Of a DNA stretch of 64,000 nt, positions 1 through 9,630 are shown one piece after another. The notes under the pieces were generated by a model, which had not been told where the DNA came from, made no database searches, and was given only the letters and a program-made list of their open reading frames with translations. The stretch's first letter is position 1. Each line of letters starts with the position of its first letter. Origin of the DNA: Longimicrobiales bacterium. GTDB lineage: Bacteria; Gemmatimonadota; Gemmatimonadetes; Longimicrobiales; Gaopeijiaceae. The DNA is taken from assembly GCA_963664435.2 (NCBI GenBank), contig CAXXKM010000001.1, positions 288,001-352,000 of the forward strand, given 5' to 3'. The position numbers and the translations under genes are program-made.

Positions 1-1473
1 GGGCAGACGCCTTTGATGTTCGCCGCCGCCGCCGGACAGGCGGCCTCCGCGGCCGAACTGCTGGAATACGGCGCCGACCCCGGGCTCGCCACCGAGGTGG
101 GGGACGTGCTGCGGCGCATGGCGATCAGCCAGTCCGCCCAGGGACGTCTGCTGGAGGCGCTGTCCGAGATCCAGCGGGCAACCGAGGGCGGAACCGCCCG
201 CGAGCCGACCGCCGCCGAAGTGCAGGCCGCGCTCGCCGTCCAGCGCGAATACCTCGCCTCGGAGGAGCTGCGGGAACAGCTGGCGGACTTCCACCCCGAC
301 GACCTTGCCAACGTGGTGCCCGCATGGGACACGCCCGCCGGCTACGTCGCCGAGAACGAGATCGTCGCGCGGCCCATGTACGAGACCCTGGTCGGCAGGA
401 CGGGCGGCATGACCGCCCTGCTGCACGCCGCCCGCGAGGGCCACCTGGAGGTCGCGCGGGTGCTTCTGGACGGCGGCGCCGACATCGACCAGGTCGCGGG
501 CGACGGGGCCAGCCCGCTCACCATCGCCGCGCTCAACGGCCAGTTCGACATGGCGATGCTGCTCATCGAGCGCGGAGCCGACCCCGACCTGGCCACCCAC
601 ACCGACGGCGTTGCTCCCCTGTTCGCAGTGCTGCAGACGCAGTGGGCCTTCAAGTTCACCGACCACCCCCATCCACGTACGCACGACAACCAGGCGACCA
701 CACACATGGACGTCCTGACGGCGCTCCTGGAGGCCGGCGCGGATCCCGACGTGCCGATCCGGACCCACCTGTGGTACTCGGACTTCCTGCGTGGCAAGCT
801 GGGACTCAACCTGACCGGGGCCACTCCCTTCTGGCGGGCGGCGCTGGCCCTGGACCTGCCCGCCATGAAAGCCCTGGTGGCGCACGGAGCCGACCCGGAC
901 ATCCCCACCACCTGGCCGGAGCCGGGGATGCGCGAGGGACGCCAGAACGACGGGCGCCTGCAAGAGGATTCCGGGCTGCCCATGATCCCCGAGGGGACCC
1001 CCAACATGTATCCCATCCACGCCGCGGCGGGGGGCGGGTACATGGGACTCGGCGCCTTCCTCATGAACCACGTGCCGAACAACTTCCTCAACACCGTCAG
1101 ATACCTGGTCGAGGAGCACGGCGCCGACGTGAACCTCCCCGACTCATGGGGCTACACGCCCCTGCACTACGCCTCGGTGCGGGGCGGCAACGACCTCATC
1201 GAGTACCTGGTGTCGAAAGGGGCCGAAGTGGGCGCGATCAGCCGGCTGGGCCAGTCAACCGCGGACATGGCGCGTGGCGGGCGGGCGGGCTACTTCTCGC
1301 GGCCGTCCTACCCCGGGACCGTCGACCTGCTGGTGGATCTGGGGTCGGAACTGAGGTGCCTGAACACCCACTTCCGGGGCACCGGCGACTTCTGCCCGGG
1401 CGCCGGGGTGGAACCGTTCGACACGGAGGCTCCTCCTGTACGGCAGAATCGCCCGCCCGGGGGAAGAAGGTGA
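1..1473 (+). CDS. Ankyrin-repeat protein of the DUF1592/DUF1552-associated type, 5'-truncated
   Basis: Frame is open from base 1 (GQTPLMFAAA). Ankyrin motifs GMTALLHAAREGH, GASPLTIAALNG, GATPFWRAA, GYTPLHYA. Collinear with the ankyrin protein at 24911-27262. Confidence 0.9.
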   Translation, partial: GQTPLMFAAAAGQAASAAELLEYGADPGLATEVGDVLRRMAISQSAQGRLLEALSEIQRATEGGTAREPTAAEVQAALAVQREYLASEELREQLADFHPDDLANVVPAWDTPAGYVAENEIVARPMYETLVGRTGGMTALLHAAREGHLEVARVLLDGGADIDQVAGDGASPLTIAALNGQFDMAMLLIERGADPDLATHTDGVAPLFAVLQTQWAFKFTDHPHPRTHDNQATTHMDVLTALLEAGADPDVPIRTHLWYSDFLRGKLGLNLTGATPFWRAALALDLPAMKALVAHGADPDIPTTWPEPGMREGRQNDGRLQEDSGLPMIPEGTPNMYPIHAAAGGGYMGLGAFLMNHVPNNFLNTVRYLVEEHGADVNLPDSWGYTPLHYASVRGGNDLIEYLVSKGAEVGAISRLGQSTADMARGGRAGYFSRPSYPGTVDLLVDLGSELRCLNTHFRGTGDFCPGAGVEPFDTEAPPVRQNRPPGGRR

Positions 1474-1477
1474 GCCA

Positions 1478-1517
1478 ACCGGGAGCGCGGGGATAGCGAA
1501 CCCACCGCGTCCCCGGT
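1478..1517. terminator. GC-rich imperfect hairpin between convergent genes
   Basis: ACCGGG..CGCGG..GGG pairs with CCC..CCGCG..CCCGGT just after the ankyrin stop; no U-tract. Confidence 0.35.
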
Positions 1518-1606
1518 GCGCTGAGCAGGAACCCCTCGGCCGCGTCCCGGCCTGCTGGACCGGAGTCGACCCTGAGGCGGAGGCCTGCCCTGTGGCCGGG
1601 TGCCGG

Positions 1607-3052
1607 CTACGCGATTGGCGGCCTCCCGGGCGGCCGACCCGCGGACGGGGGCGGCCGGTCGCCGGGCGGGGTACGCGACCCGGTCGCGGGCGGGGGGCCG
1701 GAACCGGCGGGAGGCGGTTCCCCCCGCCGCCGCAGCACGGGTCGCTCGTCGCGGCCCTCGTCGGCACGAACGTCCGGCGGCACAACCGTACCCGGCCGCA
1801 CCCGCGCATCGCGAACCGGCCCGGCCGGGAGCGACCCGTCGGGCAGCGGGGAAGCGGCGGGGAGCGGGGCCGCGGGCGGCGCACCCGCCACGCCTTCCGC
1901 CACCGGTTCCCGCGATGCCACCGGATCGGCCCCTTGCGCGCGCACCTCGCCGCCCGCGGCGGTGGACTGCCCCACCGGCGTCCGGCTCGGTCCGGGGGTG
2001 CGCTCCACGGCCGGCACCCGCCCACCCACATCCGGGCGCGGCTCCACACGGGTGGCCGGAAGCGGCGCTTCCGGCGGCCGTACGACCCTTCCCGGCAGCT
2101 CCAGGCCCTCCACCGGCGCCGCCGCATCGGCCTGGGCGCTCACCCCCGGCCGCATCGGCTCGCGCAGGCCGGGAACCCGCGCGGTGGGCGGCCCACCGCG
2201 CTCCCGCCCCACGTCCCCGCCGATGCCGAGCACGGGCGTGTCCCCCGACCTCGTTCGGATCAGGGGCGTCGCCCCTTCGCCATCGGCGCGCTCCTTGAAC
2301 TCGAACATGGGACGCGACGGTTCGAGCGGGCGCGTGTACACCACCCGGTCACCGCTGTATCGGTACACCGGGTAGTAGTAGGGGTCGTCGTGGATCACGA
2401 CGCGGAAGTCGGTGCACCAGGCACCGTACGGGTTCCAGTCGAACATCGGCCTGAACCCGTGACACTGGTAGCAGAGGAAACGCGGATAGTCGTGGGGACC
2501 GTCAATGTCGTAGGAGACGAAGTCGAGCGCGTAATCTCCTGCCCCTTCCGGAATCAGCGACGCGACCACATCGTCCATCATCAGGAATGGATCGCGGTAT
2601 GCGGCCTGCGCCACCGCGCCCAGGTTCCAGCCGCCCTCGTAGCGCGAGTAGGCGAAGCCGGAGAAATCGAGCGGCGCCGGCGACGCGACCACGAAGAGGT
2701 AGCCCTTGCCCTCGTCCTCGTCCACCTGCCAATAGCGCGACTCCGGAAACAGCACCCGGTAGTCGCGCCCACCCAGCGCCACGTGGTCGTCGGTGGGGGA
2801 GCCGGGATGGAGCAGGCGCGCGAAGCCGTTGGTGTCGATATGGAAGATGCTCACGTAGGCATCGCGCGAGGCGCGGTAGAAGACACGCACCAGATCGCCC
2901 CGGCGCAGGACGGGGCTCGTGCCGCGATCCAGCCAGATGCGGGACTCCAGGGGTTCGTCCCGGACTGCGAACTGCTCCTGGGCGGCAATGGGCGCCGCAC
3001 ACAGAAGCGTCAGCCCGAGAACCGGGCCAGTGGCCGACCTGGCGAACCGCAT
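1607..3052 (-). CDS. Secreted DUF4384-like protein with a CxxCH motif and Pro/Arg-rich tail
   Basis: ATG at 3052 with GGAGAG upstream. Signal peptide (..CAAPIAA/Q). 'GDLVRVFYRASRDAYVSIFHIDTNG..LLHP' resembles DUF4384. CYQCH motif. Confidence 0.75.
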   Translation of the reverse strand: MRFARSATGPVLGLTLLCAAPIAAQEQFAVRDEPLESRIWLDRGTSPVLRRGDLVRVFYRASRDAYVSIFHIDTNGFARLLHPGSPTDDHVALGGRDYRVLFPESRYWQVDEDEGKGYLFVVASPAPLDFSGFAYSRYEGGWNLGAVAQAAYRDPFLMMDDVVASLIPEGAGDYALDFVSYDIDGPHDYPRFLCYQCHGFRPMFDWNPYGAWCTDFRVVIHDDPYYYPVYRYSGDRVVYTRPLEPSRPMFEFKERADGEGATPLIRTRSGDTPVLGIGGDVGRERGGPPTARVPGLREPMRPGVSAQADAAAPVEGLELPGRVVRPPEAPLPATRVEPRPDVGGRVPAVERTPGPSRTPVGQSTAAGGEVRAQGADPVASREPVAEGVAGAPPAAPLPAASPLPDGSLPAGPVRDARVRPGTVVPPDVRADEGRDERPVLRRRGEPPPAGSGPPPATGSRTPPGDRPPPSAGRPPGRPPIA

Positions 3053-3116
3053 CGTCCTGACTCTCTCCCCTGCCCGCGTGTGGTGACCGGCGCAACGAAA
3101 TCCGGGTCCAATATGC

Positions 3117-3133
3117 TGCACCATGCGTGCCAG
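3117..3133 (-). promoter_or_regulatory. Putative sigma54 (-24/-12) promoter of the DUF4384-like gene
   Basis: Minus strand CTGGCACGCATGGTGCA, i.e. TGGCAC-N5-GTGCA with exact GG-N10-GC spacing, about 65 nt upstream of the ATG. Confidence 0.65.
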
Positions 3134-3308
3134 CGCATGAGACCGTCGCCTTCCCTAACCTATCTGACGATGAAGTCCTTCCCGCAAGTACACGTGAGCC
3201 TGATATCTTCCCTGGAAGGGCCTCGGGCGGCGCACGCCGCACGTTCGACCGATGACCGGATCCCGGCGGGCATGGCATCCTCTCTCCCGGTTTTCTACAC
3301 TACCCACC

Positions 3309-4262
3309 ATGAACGAACCCGACACATCCGCACCTGACGCCCGCCTGGGAACCGCTCCGGGCCGGCGGCGCGCCGACCTGATGGACCCGATCGCGCTGTC
3401 GGAGGTCGGCGGCCTCGAGTTCATCGCACGCGAGGTCGTGGAGGGATTCTACATGGGGCTGCACCGTTCGCCGCACCGCGGGTTCTCCGCGGAGTTCGCG
3501 GAGCATCGAGCCTACCAGGCCGGGGATGATCTGCGCTATATCGACTGGCGCATGTACGGACGCTCGGACCGATTCTACGTGAAGCAGTTCGAGGAGGAGA
3601 CCAACCTTCGGGCATACCTCCTTCTCGACAACAGCCTCTCGATGGCGTGGACGTCGCAGCCCGAGACGCTGGCCACCAAGTCGTGGTACGCGAAGCACCT
3701 TCTGGCATGCATCGCCCTTCTGCTTCTGGGTCAGGGGGACCTGGTCGGCTTCGCATCCTTCCACCACGAGATCCAGGCGCGCCTCGCACCCAGCGGAGGA
3801 CGCAAGCAGTGGCACGAGATCATTCGGCGCGTCTCGCCGCTGGAGCCCGCCGGCCTGACCTCCCCGCACTCCGCGCTGCGGGACATCGCGGGACGGCTGC
3901 GACGCCGCGGCCTGGTCGTGCTCCTGTCCGACCTCCTGATCGACCCGGAGGAAACCCGGCTGGCGCTCCGCTTTCTGAAGCACTACGGACACGAGGTGCT
4001 CGTTTTCCACATTCTGGATCCGGGGGAGCGCGAGCTGCCTCCCGCCGGAGACGTGCGCTTCTTCGATCCCGAGAGCCGCGACGAGATTCAGATCAGCGTG
4101 CCGGACATGCGCCGCGAGTACCGGGACGCCGTGGAGAGCGCGATCGCCGAGTGGGAGCGTGCGACAAAGCCATACGGGATCGACTACTGCATGCTCGAAA
4201 CCAGCCAGCCCTTCTCGCTCGCCCTGAGGGCCTATCTGCGAAAGCGGCAGAGGCTGGGATAG
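3309..4262 (+). CDS. DUF58 domain protein (MoxR-associated, vWA-like)
   Basis: GLHRSPHRGFSAEFAEHRAYQAGDDLRYIDW and VKQFEEETN signature. Confidence 0.92.
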   Translation: MNEPDTSAPDARLGTAPGRRRADLMDPIALSEVGGLEFIAREVVEGFYMGLHRSPHRGFSAEFAEHRAYQAGDDLRYIDWRMYGRSDRFYVKQFEEETNLRAYLLLDNSLSMAWTSQPETLATKSWYAKHLLACIALLLLGQGDLVGFASFHHEIQARLAPSGGRKQWHEIIRRVSPLEPAGLTSPHSALRDIAGRLRRRGLVVLLSDLLIDPEETRLALRFLKHYGHEVLVFHILDPGERELPPAGDVRFFDPESRDEIQISVPDMRREYRDAVESAIAEWERATKPYGIDYCMLETSQPFSLALRAYLRKRQRLG

Positions 4263-4274
4263 GAGCCGGACGGC

Positions 4275-6236
4275 GTGGGCTTTCTGAACCCCCTCTTCCT
4301 CGCTGCCGCGGCGGTGGTCGCGGTCCCGCTGATTCTTCATCTCTTCCACCGCCACGAGCTGCGCCGGGTCCCGTTCCCCGCGCTGCGCTACTTGCTGCGC
4401 GCCACCCGTGATCACGCGCGCACCATCCGCATCCGCCAGCTGCTCCTGCTGCTCCTGAGAGTTGCCATCTGTCTTCTGCTGGTGCTGGCCGGAAGCCGCC
4501 TCTTCTGGAGAGGCGCCGGGGGCACCCACCAACCGACCGCGCTGGTGATCATCCTGGACAACTCGCTCAGCTCGGGGCTGATCCAGGGAGAACAGCGCGT
4601 GCTGGATCGATTGAAGGCGCTGGCCCTCGAGACCCTCGACGAGGCCGGGCCCGAGGATCGCATCTGGGTAATGAGGGCGGGGGAACCCTGGGATGTTGCA
4701 GTCCCGGGATCTCCCGTGGAGGCGCGCGCGCGCCTGCTGGAGACGCAGGTGGGCAGCGGACGAGGAGATCTCGCCGGTGCACTCGAGAGGGCCGGCGCCC
4801 TGGTTTCGGCAGCGCCGCTCGACGAAACCGAAATCCAGCTGCTGTCGGACCTGCAGGCCACCGCGTTCCCGGGCGACGCTCCCGTGCCCCTTCCCGACGG
4901 TACCCGTCTCCTTGTGTACCGCCCACCGTCCTCCACGGAGGACAACCGCTACCTCAGGGAGGTACTCGTGGGCGGGGGTCTCGCGCCGATGGCGAACGAG
5001 CGTTCCCAGGTATCCATCGCGGTGGGCGGCACGGGCGAGGGCGCCGATACCCTGGCCGTGCGGCTGGTTGCGGGAGGGCGCACGGTCGGCGCGACCACCA
5101 TAACCGCGGGATCGGAGGCGCTGCTCAGCGTGGGACCGTTCGCCGGCGGCGTGGTGGTGAGCGGGTACGCCGAGATCGACCCGGACGCGCTGCGCGGCGA
5201 CGACCGCCGCTATTTCTCGGTATCGGTGCGGCCACCGGTGGGGGTGTCGCTCCGGGGGGAGGGCGGCTTCTTTCTGGAGCAGGCGATCGAAGTGCTGGCC
5301 CAGGCCGGGCGGGCGCGGCGGACGGCGGACGCGGCAGCCGAGGTTGTCGTGAGCGTCGGTGGAGAGGGGCTGGACGGCCGGCCCGGCAGTTCCGCCGCGG
5401 TCGTGCTTCCTCCTTCCGACGCGGCCATGCTTCCCGCCCTCAACCGGCAGCTCCTGCTGGCGGAAATCCCGTGGCGCTACGAGAGCGAGACGGGCGCCGG
5501 GGAGATCGGCGTGGCCGACAGCCGCCTGCCGGTCGCTCTCGACGAGGTGCGCATCCTCCGCCGCTATCGCCTGGTGGCCAACGGAGAGGAGGCGGCGGGG
5601 CTGGTCCAGGCCACCCTCGACTCGGGCGAGCCCTGGATCGTGACCGGCACCGCGCCCGGCGGACCCTACCTGCTGGTCGGCTCTCCGATGGACGCCGAGG
5701 CCACCAGCCTGGCCGTGTCCGCCCCCATGCTGCCCCTCGTCGAGTGGATGGTGTCGCGCTGGCCTTTCCAGAGCGAGGGCAGATCGTTCACCGTCGGGGA
5801 TGTGCTGCCGATCCCGGCCGGCGTTGACGCCATCGCCGACGGCGCCGGCGCGCGGATGCCGGCCGACGCGGGCGCCCGGGTTGTCGCGCGCGCTCCGGGG
5901 CTCTATCGCCTTTTGGCCGGTGACTCCCTCGTGCAACAGGTCGCGGTCAATCCGCCCGAGGCGGAATCGATCCTCGAGCCGGTCTCGGACGACGCCCTCA
6001 GCGGCCTTCTGGGGGACGACTACGACCAGGCAGACGCGTCGTCCTGGCGCCGCTCGATCTTCGCCAGCCGGCAGGGCACCGAGATCTGGCGCTGGCTCCT
6101 GGCCGCCGCGCTGGCCCTGATGCTCGTGGAATCCCGGGTTGCGGCAACCGGCCGGCGCGCCCGCTCCTCGGGCCAAGCCGCCCTATCCGGCTCCCGCGGA
6201 CCGTCCGCCTCCGGCCCCCTTCCGCGAGCCGGATGA
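4275..6236 (+). CDS. BatA N-terminal / vWA domain membrane protein
   Basis: N-terminus FLNPLFL..PLILHL..VPFPALRYL (BatA). DNSLS MIDAS-like motif. C-terminal EIWRWLL transmembrane segment. Confidence 0.85.
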   Translation: MGFLNPLFLAAAAVVAVPLILHLFHRHELRRVPFPALRYLLRATRDHARTIRIRQLLLLLLRVAICLLLVLAGSRLFWRGAGGTHQPTALVIILDNSLSSGLIQGEQRVLDRLKALALETLDEAGPEDRIWVMRAGEPWDVAVPGSPVEARARLLETQVGSGRGDLAGALERAGALVSAAPLDETEIQLLSDLQATAFPGDAPVPLPDGTRLLVYRPPSSTEDNRYLREVLVGGGLAPMANERSQVSIAVGGTGEGADTLAVRLVAGGRTVGATTITAGSEALLSVGPFAGGVVVSGYAEIDPDALRGDDRRYFSVSVRPPVGVSLRGEGGFFLEQAIEVLAQAGRARRTADAAAEVVVSVGGEGLDGRPGSSAAVVLPPSDAAMLPALNRQLLLAEIPWRYESETGAGEIGVADSRLPVALDEVRILRRYRLVANGEEAAGLVQATLDSGEPWIVTGTAPGGPYLLVGSPMDAEATSLAVSAPMLPLVEWMVSRWPFQSEGRSFTVGDVLPIPAGVDAIADGAGARMPADAGARVVARAPGLYRLLAGDSLVQQVAVNPPEAESILEPVSDDALSGLLGDDYDQADASSWRRSIFASRQGTEIWRWLLAAALALMLVESRVAATGRRARSSGQAALSGSRGPSASGPLPRAG

Positions 6237-9200
6237 ACGCGGCCGACAACGCCATTCTCGACCTGCTCGAGGCGACCGCGCCCTTCCGTTCGCTGCGGGC
6301 GCGGCTCCCGACCGCCGGCCACGAGGTGCCTCTCGGGGGCACGGCCGGCTCGCTGGGACACGCCGTGCTGGCCACCCTCGCCCGCGCGACGGGGGACCGC
6401 GTCGTCGTGCTCCTCGCCCCGTCACCGGACAGGGCGGTCGCGGCGGAGGCGGATCTGGAAGCGCTCGCGGGCCCCGATTCGGTCGCGGCCTATCCCCAGC
6501 GGGAGGCACTCCCCTACGAGAGCGACGACTTCCACATCGAGATCGAGGGGCGCCGGGTCGAGGCCGTGGAAGCCGTCTTCGGCAACCGCTGCCGCCTGCT
6601 GGTGACCACGCCGCGCGCCCTCCAGGAGCGGGCCTCCTTCCCCACCCGGCTCACCCACCTGCACCTCACTCTGCGCACGGGCGACGAGGTGGGGCTCACT
6701 GCTCTGGTGGAGAAACTGGGGGAGCGCGGGTTTCACAAGGCTCCGCTGGTGGAGGAAGTCGGTCAGTTCGCGGTGCGCGGGGGCATCGTCGACGTCTTCT
6801 CCTTCGGTTCCCCCGACCCGCTGCGCATCGAGTTCCTGGGTGACGAAATCGGATCCATGCGCCGCTTCGACATCTTCGACCAGCGCTCCACCGGGTCGGT
6901 CGCCGAGGTCCGTCTGCTCCCCGTCAGGCTGGACGACGGCGGTGGGGCGGACGCTCCCGGCCCGTCCCGCTCCCTTCTCGACCTGCTTCCCGGCGACACC
7001 CTGGTGGCGCGCTGGGCGGACGACGACCTGAAGGCCTCCGCCGACCACACATGGCGAGAGGTGGAGCGGCGCCACGCCGAAGCCGTTGCGGGCGGCGACG
7101 ATCCTCCCCCGCCGGACACCGTCTGCCTCCGCCCCGGCGGCCTGCTCGAGCGGCTGGCCACCTTCCCCCGGCTGGCCCTCTCCCCTGCCGCCGACGGCCG
7201 GATCCTCTTCGACTCGGAGGCACCCCCCGCCATCTCCCGCGACATGAAGCGGTTGAAGCAGATGCTGCGCGACGGCGCGGCCCGCGGCGACCGGACCCTG
7301 ATCCTTTGCGACAACGACGGGCAGATCCAGCGCCTGGAGGAGATCCTGGGAGGGCAGACGCGCCTGCCCGCGGGCACCCAGCTTGCCGTGGGAGCGCTGG
7401 AGCGGGGATTCACCCTCAACGACTCGGTCCCGCGCCTGCGCATCCTCACCGATCACGAGATCTTCCTGCGCACGCGCCGCATTCGCCGGCGGCGTCGCTT
7501 TCGCGGCTCAGCCTCGCTGGAGAACGTCGCGCAACTCACCCCCGGAGACGCGGTCGTGCACATGGACCACGGCATCGGCCGCTTCCGGGGGCTGGAACAC
7601 GTCACGATCGGAGGCGAGGAGATCGAGTCGATTCTGATCGAATACGCGGGAGCGGAGTTCCTGCGCGTTCCCGTCTACCGGCTCGATCTCCTGGAACGCT
7701 GGGTCGGCAGCACCGAGGAGGCGGAGCCTCCGCCCGTGCACCGCATCGGAGGGAAGCGCTGGAAGAATCTGCGCGCCCGCACCGAACAGGCCATCCGCAA
7801 GGTCGCCACCGAACTCCTCGAGCTGTACGCCCGCCGCGAGATGGCCCAAGGTCACGCCTTCGCTCCCGACACCCGCTGGCAGAAGGAAATGGAGTCGTCC
7901 TTCCTCTACGAGGACACGCGCGATCAGCGGCGCGTGGTTGAAGACATCAAGCGGGACATGGAGGCGGCCGCGCCCATGGACCGGCTGGTCTGCGGAGACG
8001 TGGGCTACGGCAAGACCGAGGTGGCGATTCGCGCCGCCTTCAAGGCGGTCCAGGACGGAAAGCAGGTCGCCGTGCTCGCGCCTACCACCGTGCTGGTCGA
8101 GCAGCACGCGCGCACCTTCGGAGAGCGTCTCGCCGACTACCCGGTGACGGTGGGGGCGCTGAACCGGTTTCGTAGCGCAAAGGAGACGACCCGCCTGCTG
8201 CGCGAGATCCGCCGCGGAACCCTCGACGTCGCCATCGGCACCCATCGCCTGCTCTCGAAGGATGTCGACTTCCGCGACCTCGGCCTCCTCGTCGTCGACG
8301 AAGAACAGCGATTCGGGGTCCGGCACAAGGAGCGGCTCAAGCGGCTGCGGGCCGCGGTCGACGTGCTCACGCTCACGGCCACGCCCATACCGCGCACCCT
8401 TCAGCTCTCCCTCGCCGGCCTGCGCAACCTGTCGCTCATCCGGACACCGCCCCGCGACCGGGTCCCCATCACCACCCACGTCATCCCGTGGAACGACCAC
8501 ATCCTCTACGATGGCCTGTCGCGGGAACTCGACCGGGGCGGCCAGGTCTTCTTCCTTCACAACCGCGTGCAGACCATCCACAACACGGCCGAGAAGGTGC
8601 GCGCGCTGGCGCCGGACGCGGCCGTCGCCGTCGCCCATGGGCAGATGGGCGGCCGGCAGCTCGACCGGGTGATGCTCGATTTCGTCAACGGCGACCTGGA
8701 CGTGCTGGTCTGCACAGCCATCATCGAGAACGGCCTCGACGTCCCCAACGCCAACACGCTGATCGTCGACCGCGCCGACCGCTTCGGGCTCGCGCAGCTC
8801 TACCAGATTCGTGGCCGGGTCGGGCGCTCCGACCGCCACGCGCACTGCTACCTGGTCGTCCCCGACGGCGTTTCCAGAGACGCCATGCAGCGGGTGCGCG
8901 TACTCGAGCGCCACACCGACCTGGGCAGCGGCTACGCCGTGGCGATGCGCGACCTGGAAATGCGCGGCGCCGGCAACCTCCTCGGCGAGGACCAGTCGGG
9001 GTACGCCCAGGCGGTCGGCGTCGATACCTACATGCGTCTGCTGCGCAAGACCGTGGAGCAAATGAAGCGAGGACGGACCGAGGAGCCCGCGCCGCGCGAT
9101 CCGGAGATCTCGCTCGCCGGATCGGCCTACCTGCCGGACGGCTACGTGCCCGATTCGGGGCAGAAGCTCCACCTCTACCGCCGGCTGTCGCGCATCACGA

Positions 9201-9550
9201 CCAAGACGGAGCTCGACGAGTTCGCCGCGGAGTTGCGCGATCGCTTCGGGGCGCTGCCGCCGCCGGCCGACCGCCTGCTCGACAGCCACGTGCTGCGCCT
9301 GCTGGGCCGCGGGGCCGGCCTCCAGCGCATCCTGGTGCGCGGACGGCGGGCACGACTCACCTTCCGGGACGGCCTGGTACCCCGGCTGACCGCGCTGGAA
9401 GAGCCGCTCCGGGACCGATTGATCGCCGTGGAGGTACGCAGGATGTCGCCATTGTCGCTCGTGCTCCGCCAGGAGGGCGCCGATCCGCTGACCGCCACCC
9501 TGATCCGGGCGCTGGACCTGCTGTCGGCGAACCGCGCCAGAGCCGCCTGA
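6233..9550 (+). CDS. mfd: Transcription-repair coupling factor
   Basis: RGGIVDVF, CarD-like VVHMDHGIG, CGDVGYGKT, DEEQRFGV, TATPIPRT, QIRGRVGRS; 1105 aa. Confidence 0.97.
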   Translation: MNAADNAILDLLEATAPFRSLRARLPTAGHEVPLGGTAGSLGHAVLATLARATGDRVVVLLAPSPDRAVAAEADLEALAGPDSVAAYPQREALPYESDDFHIEIEGRRVEAVEAVFGNRCRLLVTTPRALQERASFPTRLTHLHLTLRTGDEVGLTALVEKLGERGFHKAPLVEEVGQFAVRGGIVDVFSFGSPDPLRIEFLGDEIGSMRRFDIFDQRSTGSVAEVRLLPVRLDDGGGADAPGPSRSLLDLLPGDTLVARWADDDLKASADHTWREVERRHAEAVAGGDDPPPPDTVCLRPGGLLERLATFPRLALSPAADGRILFDSEAPPAISRDMKRLKQMLRDGAARGDRTLILCDNDGQIQRLEEILGGQTRLPAGTQLAVGALERGFTLNDSVPRLRILTDHEIFLRTRRIRRRRRFRGSASLENVAQLTPGDAVVHMDHGIGRFRGLEHVTIGGEEIESILIEYAGAEFLRVPVYRLDLLERWVGSTEEAEPPPVHRIGGKRWKNLRARTEQAIRKVATELLELYARREMAQGHAFAPDTRWQKEMESSFLYEDTRDQRRVVEDIKRDMEAAAPMDRLVCGDVGYGKTEVAIRAAFKAVQDGKQVAVLAPTTVLVEQHARTFGERLADYPVTVGALNRFRSAKETTRLLREIRRGTLDVAIGTHRLLSKDVDFRDLGLLVVDEEQRFGVRHKERLKRLRAAVDVLTLTATPIPRTLQLSLAGLRNLSLIRTPPRDRVPITTHVIPWNDHILYDGLSRELDRGGQVFFLHNRVQTIHNTAEKVRALAPDAAVAVAHGQMGGRQLDRVMLDFVNGDLDVLVCTAIIENGLDVPNANTLIVDRADRFGLAQLYQIRGRVGRSDRHAHCYLVVPDGVSRDAMQRVRVLERHTDLGSGYAVAMRDLEMRGAGNLLGEDQSGYAQAVGVDTYMRLLRKTVEQMKRGRTEEPAPRDPEISLAGSAYLPDGYVPDSGQKLHLYRRLSRITTKTELDEFAAELRDRFGALPPPADRLLDSHVLRLLGRGAGLQRILVRGRRARLTFRDGLVPRLTALEEPLRDRLIAVEVRRMSPLSLVLRQEGADPLTATLIRALDLLSANRARAA

Positions 9551-9630
9551 CGCGATGCCGGGCACACCGGCGAGCGAACTCCGGGGAATGGGCGTACTAT
9601 GCACGCAGGCCTGACCATCGGGAGTGAAAC

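Noticed and set aside
3300..6176. 958-aa minus-strand ORF and many other long overlapping ORFs (e.g. 7508-9604, 29128-31908, 35575-37947, 52652-56437)
   Set aside because: Antisense or alternative-frame shadows of real genes, expected at high GC; Arg/Gly/Pro-rich with no motifs.
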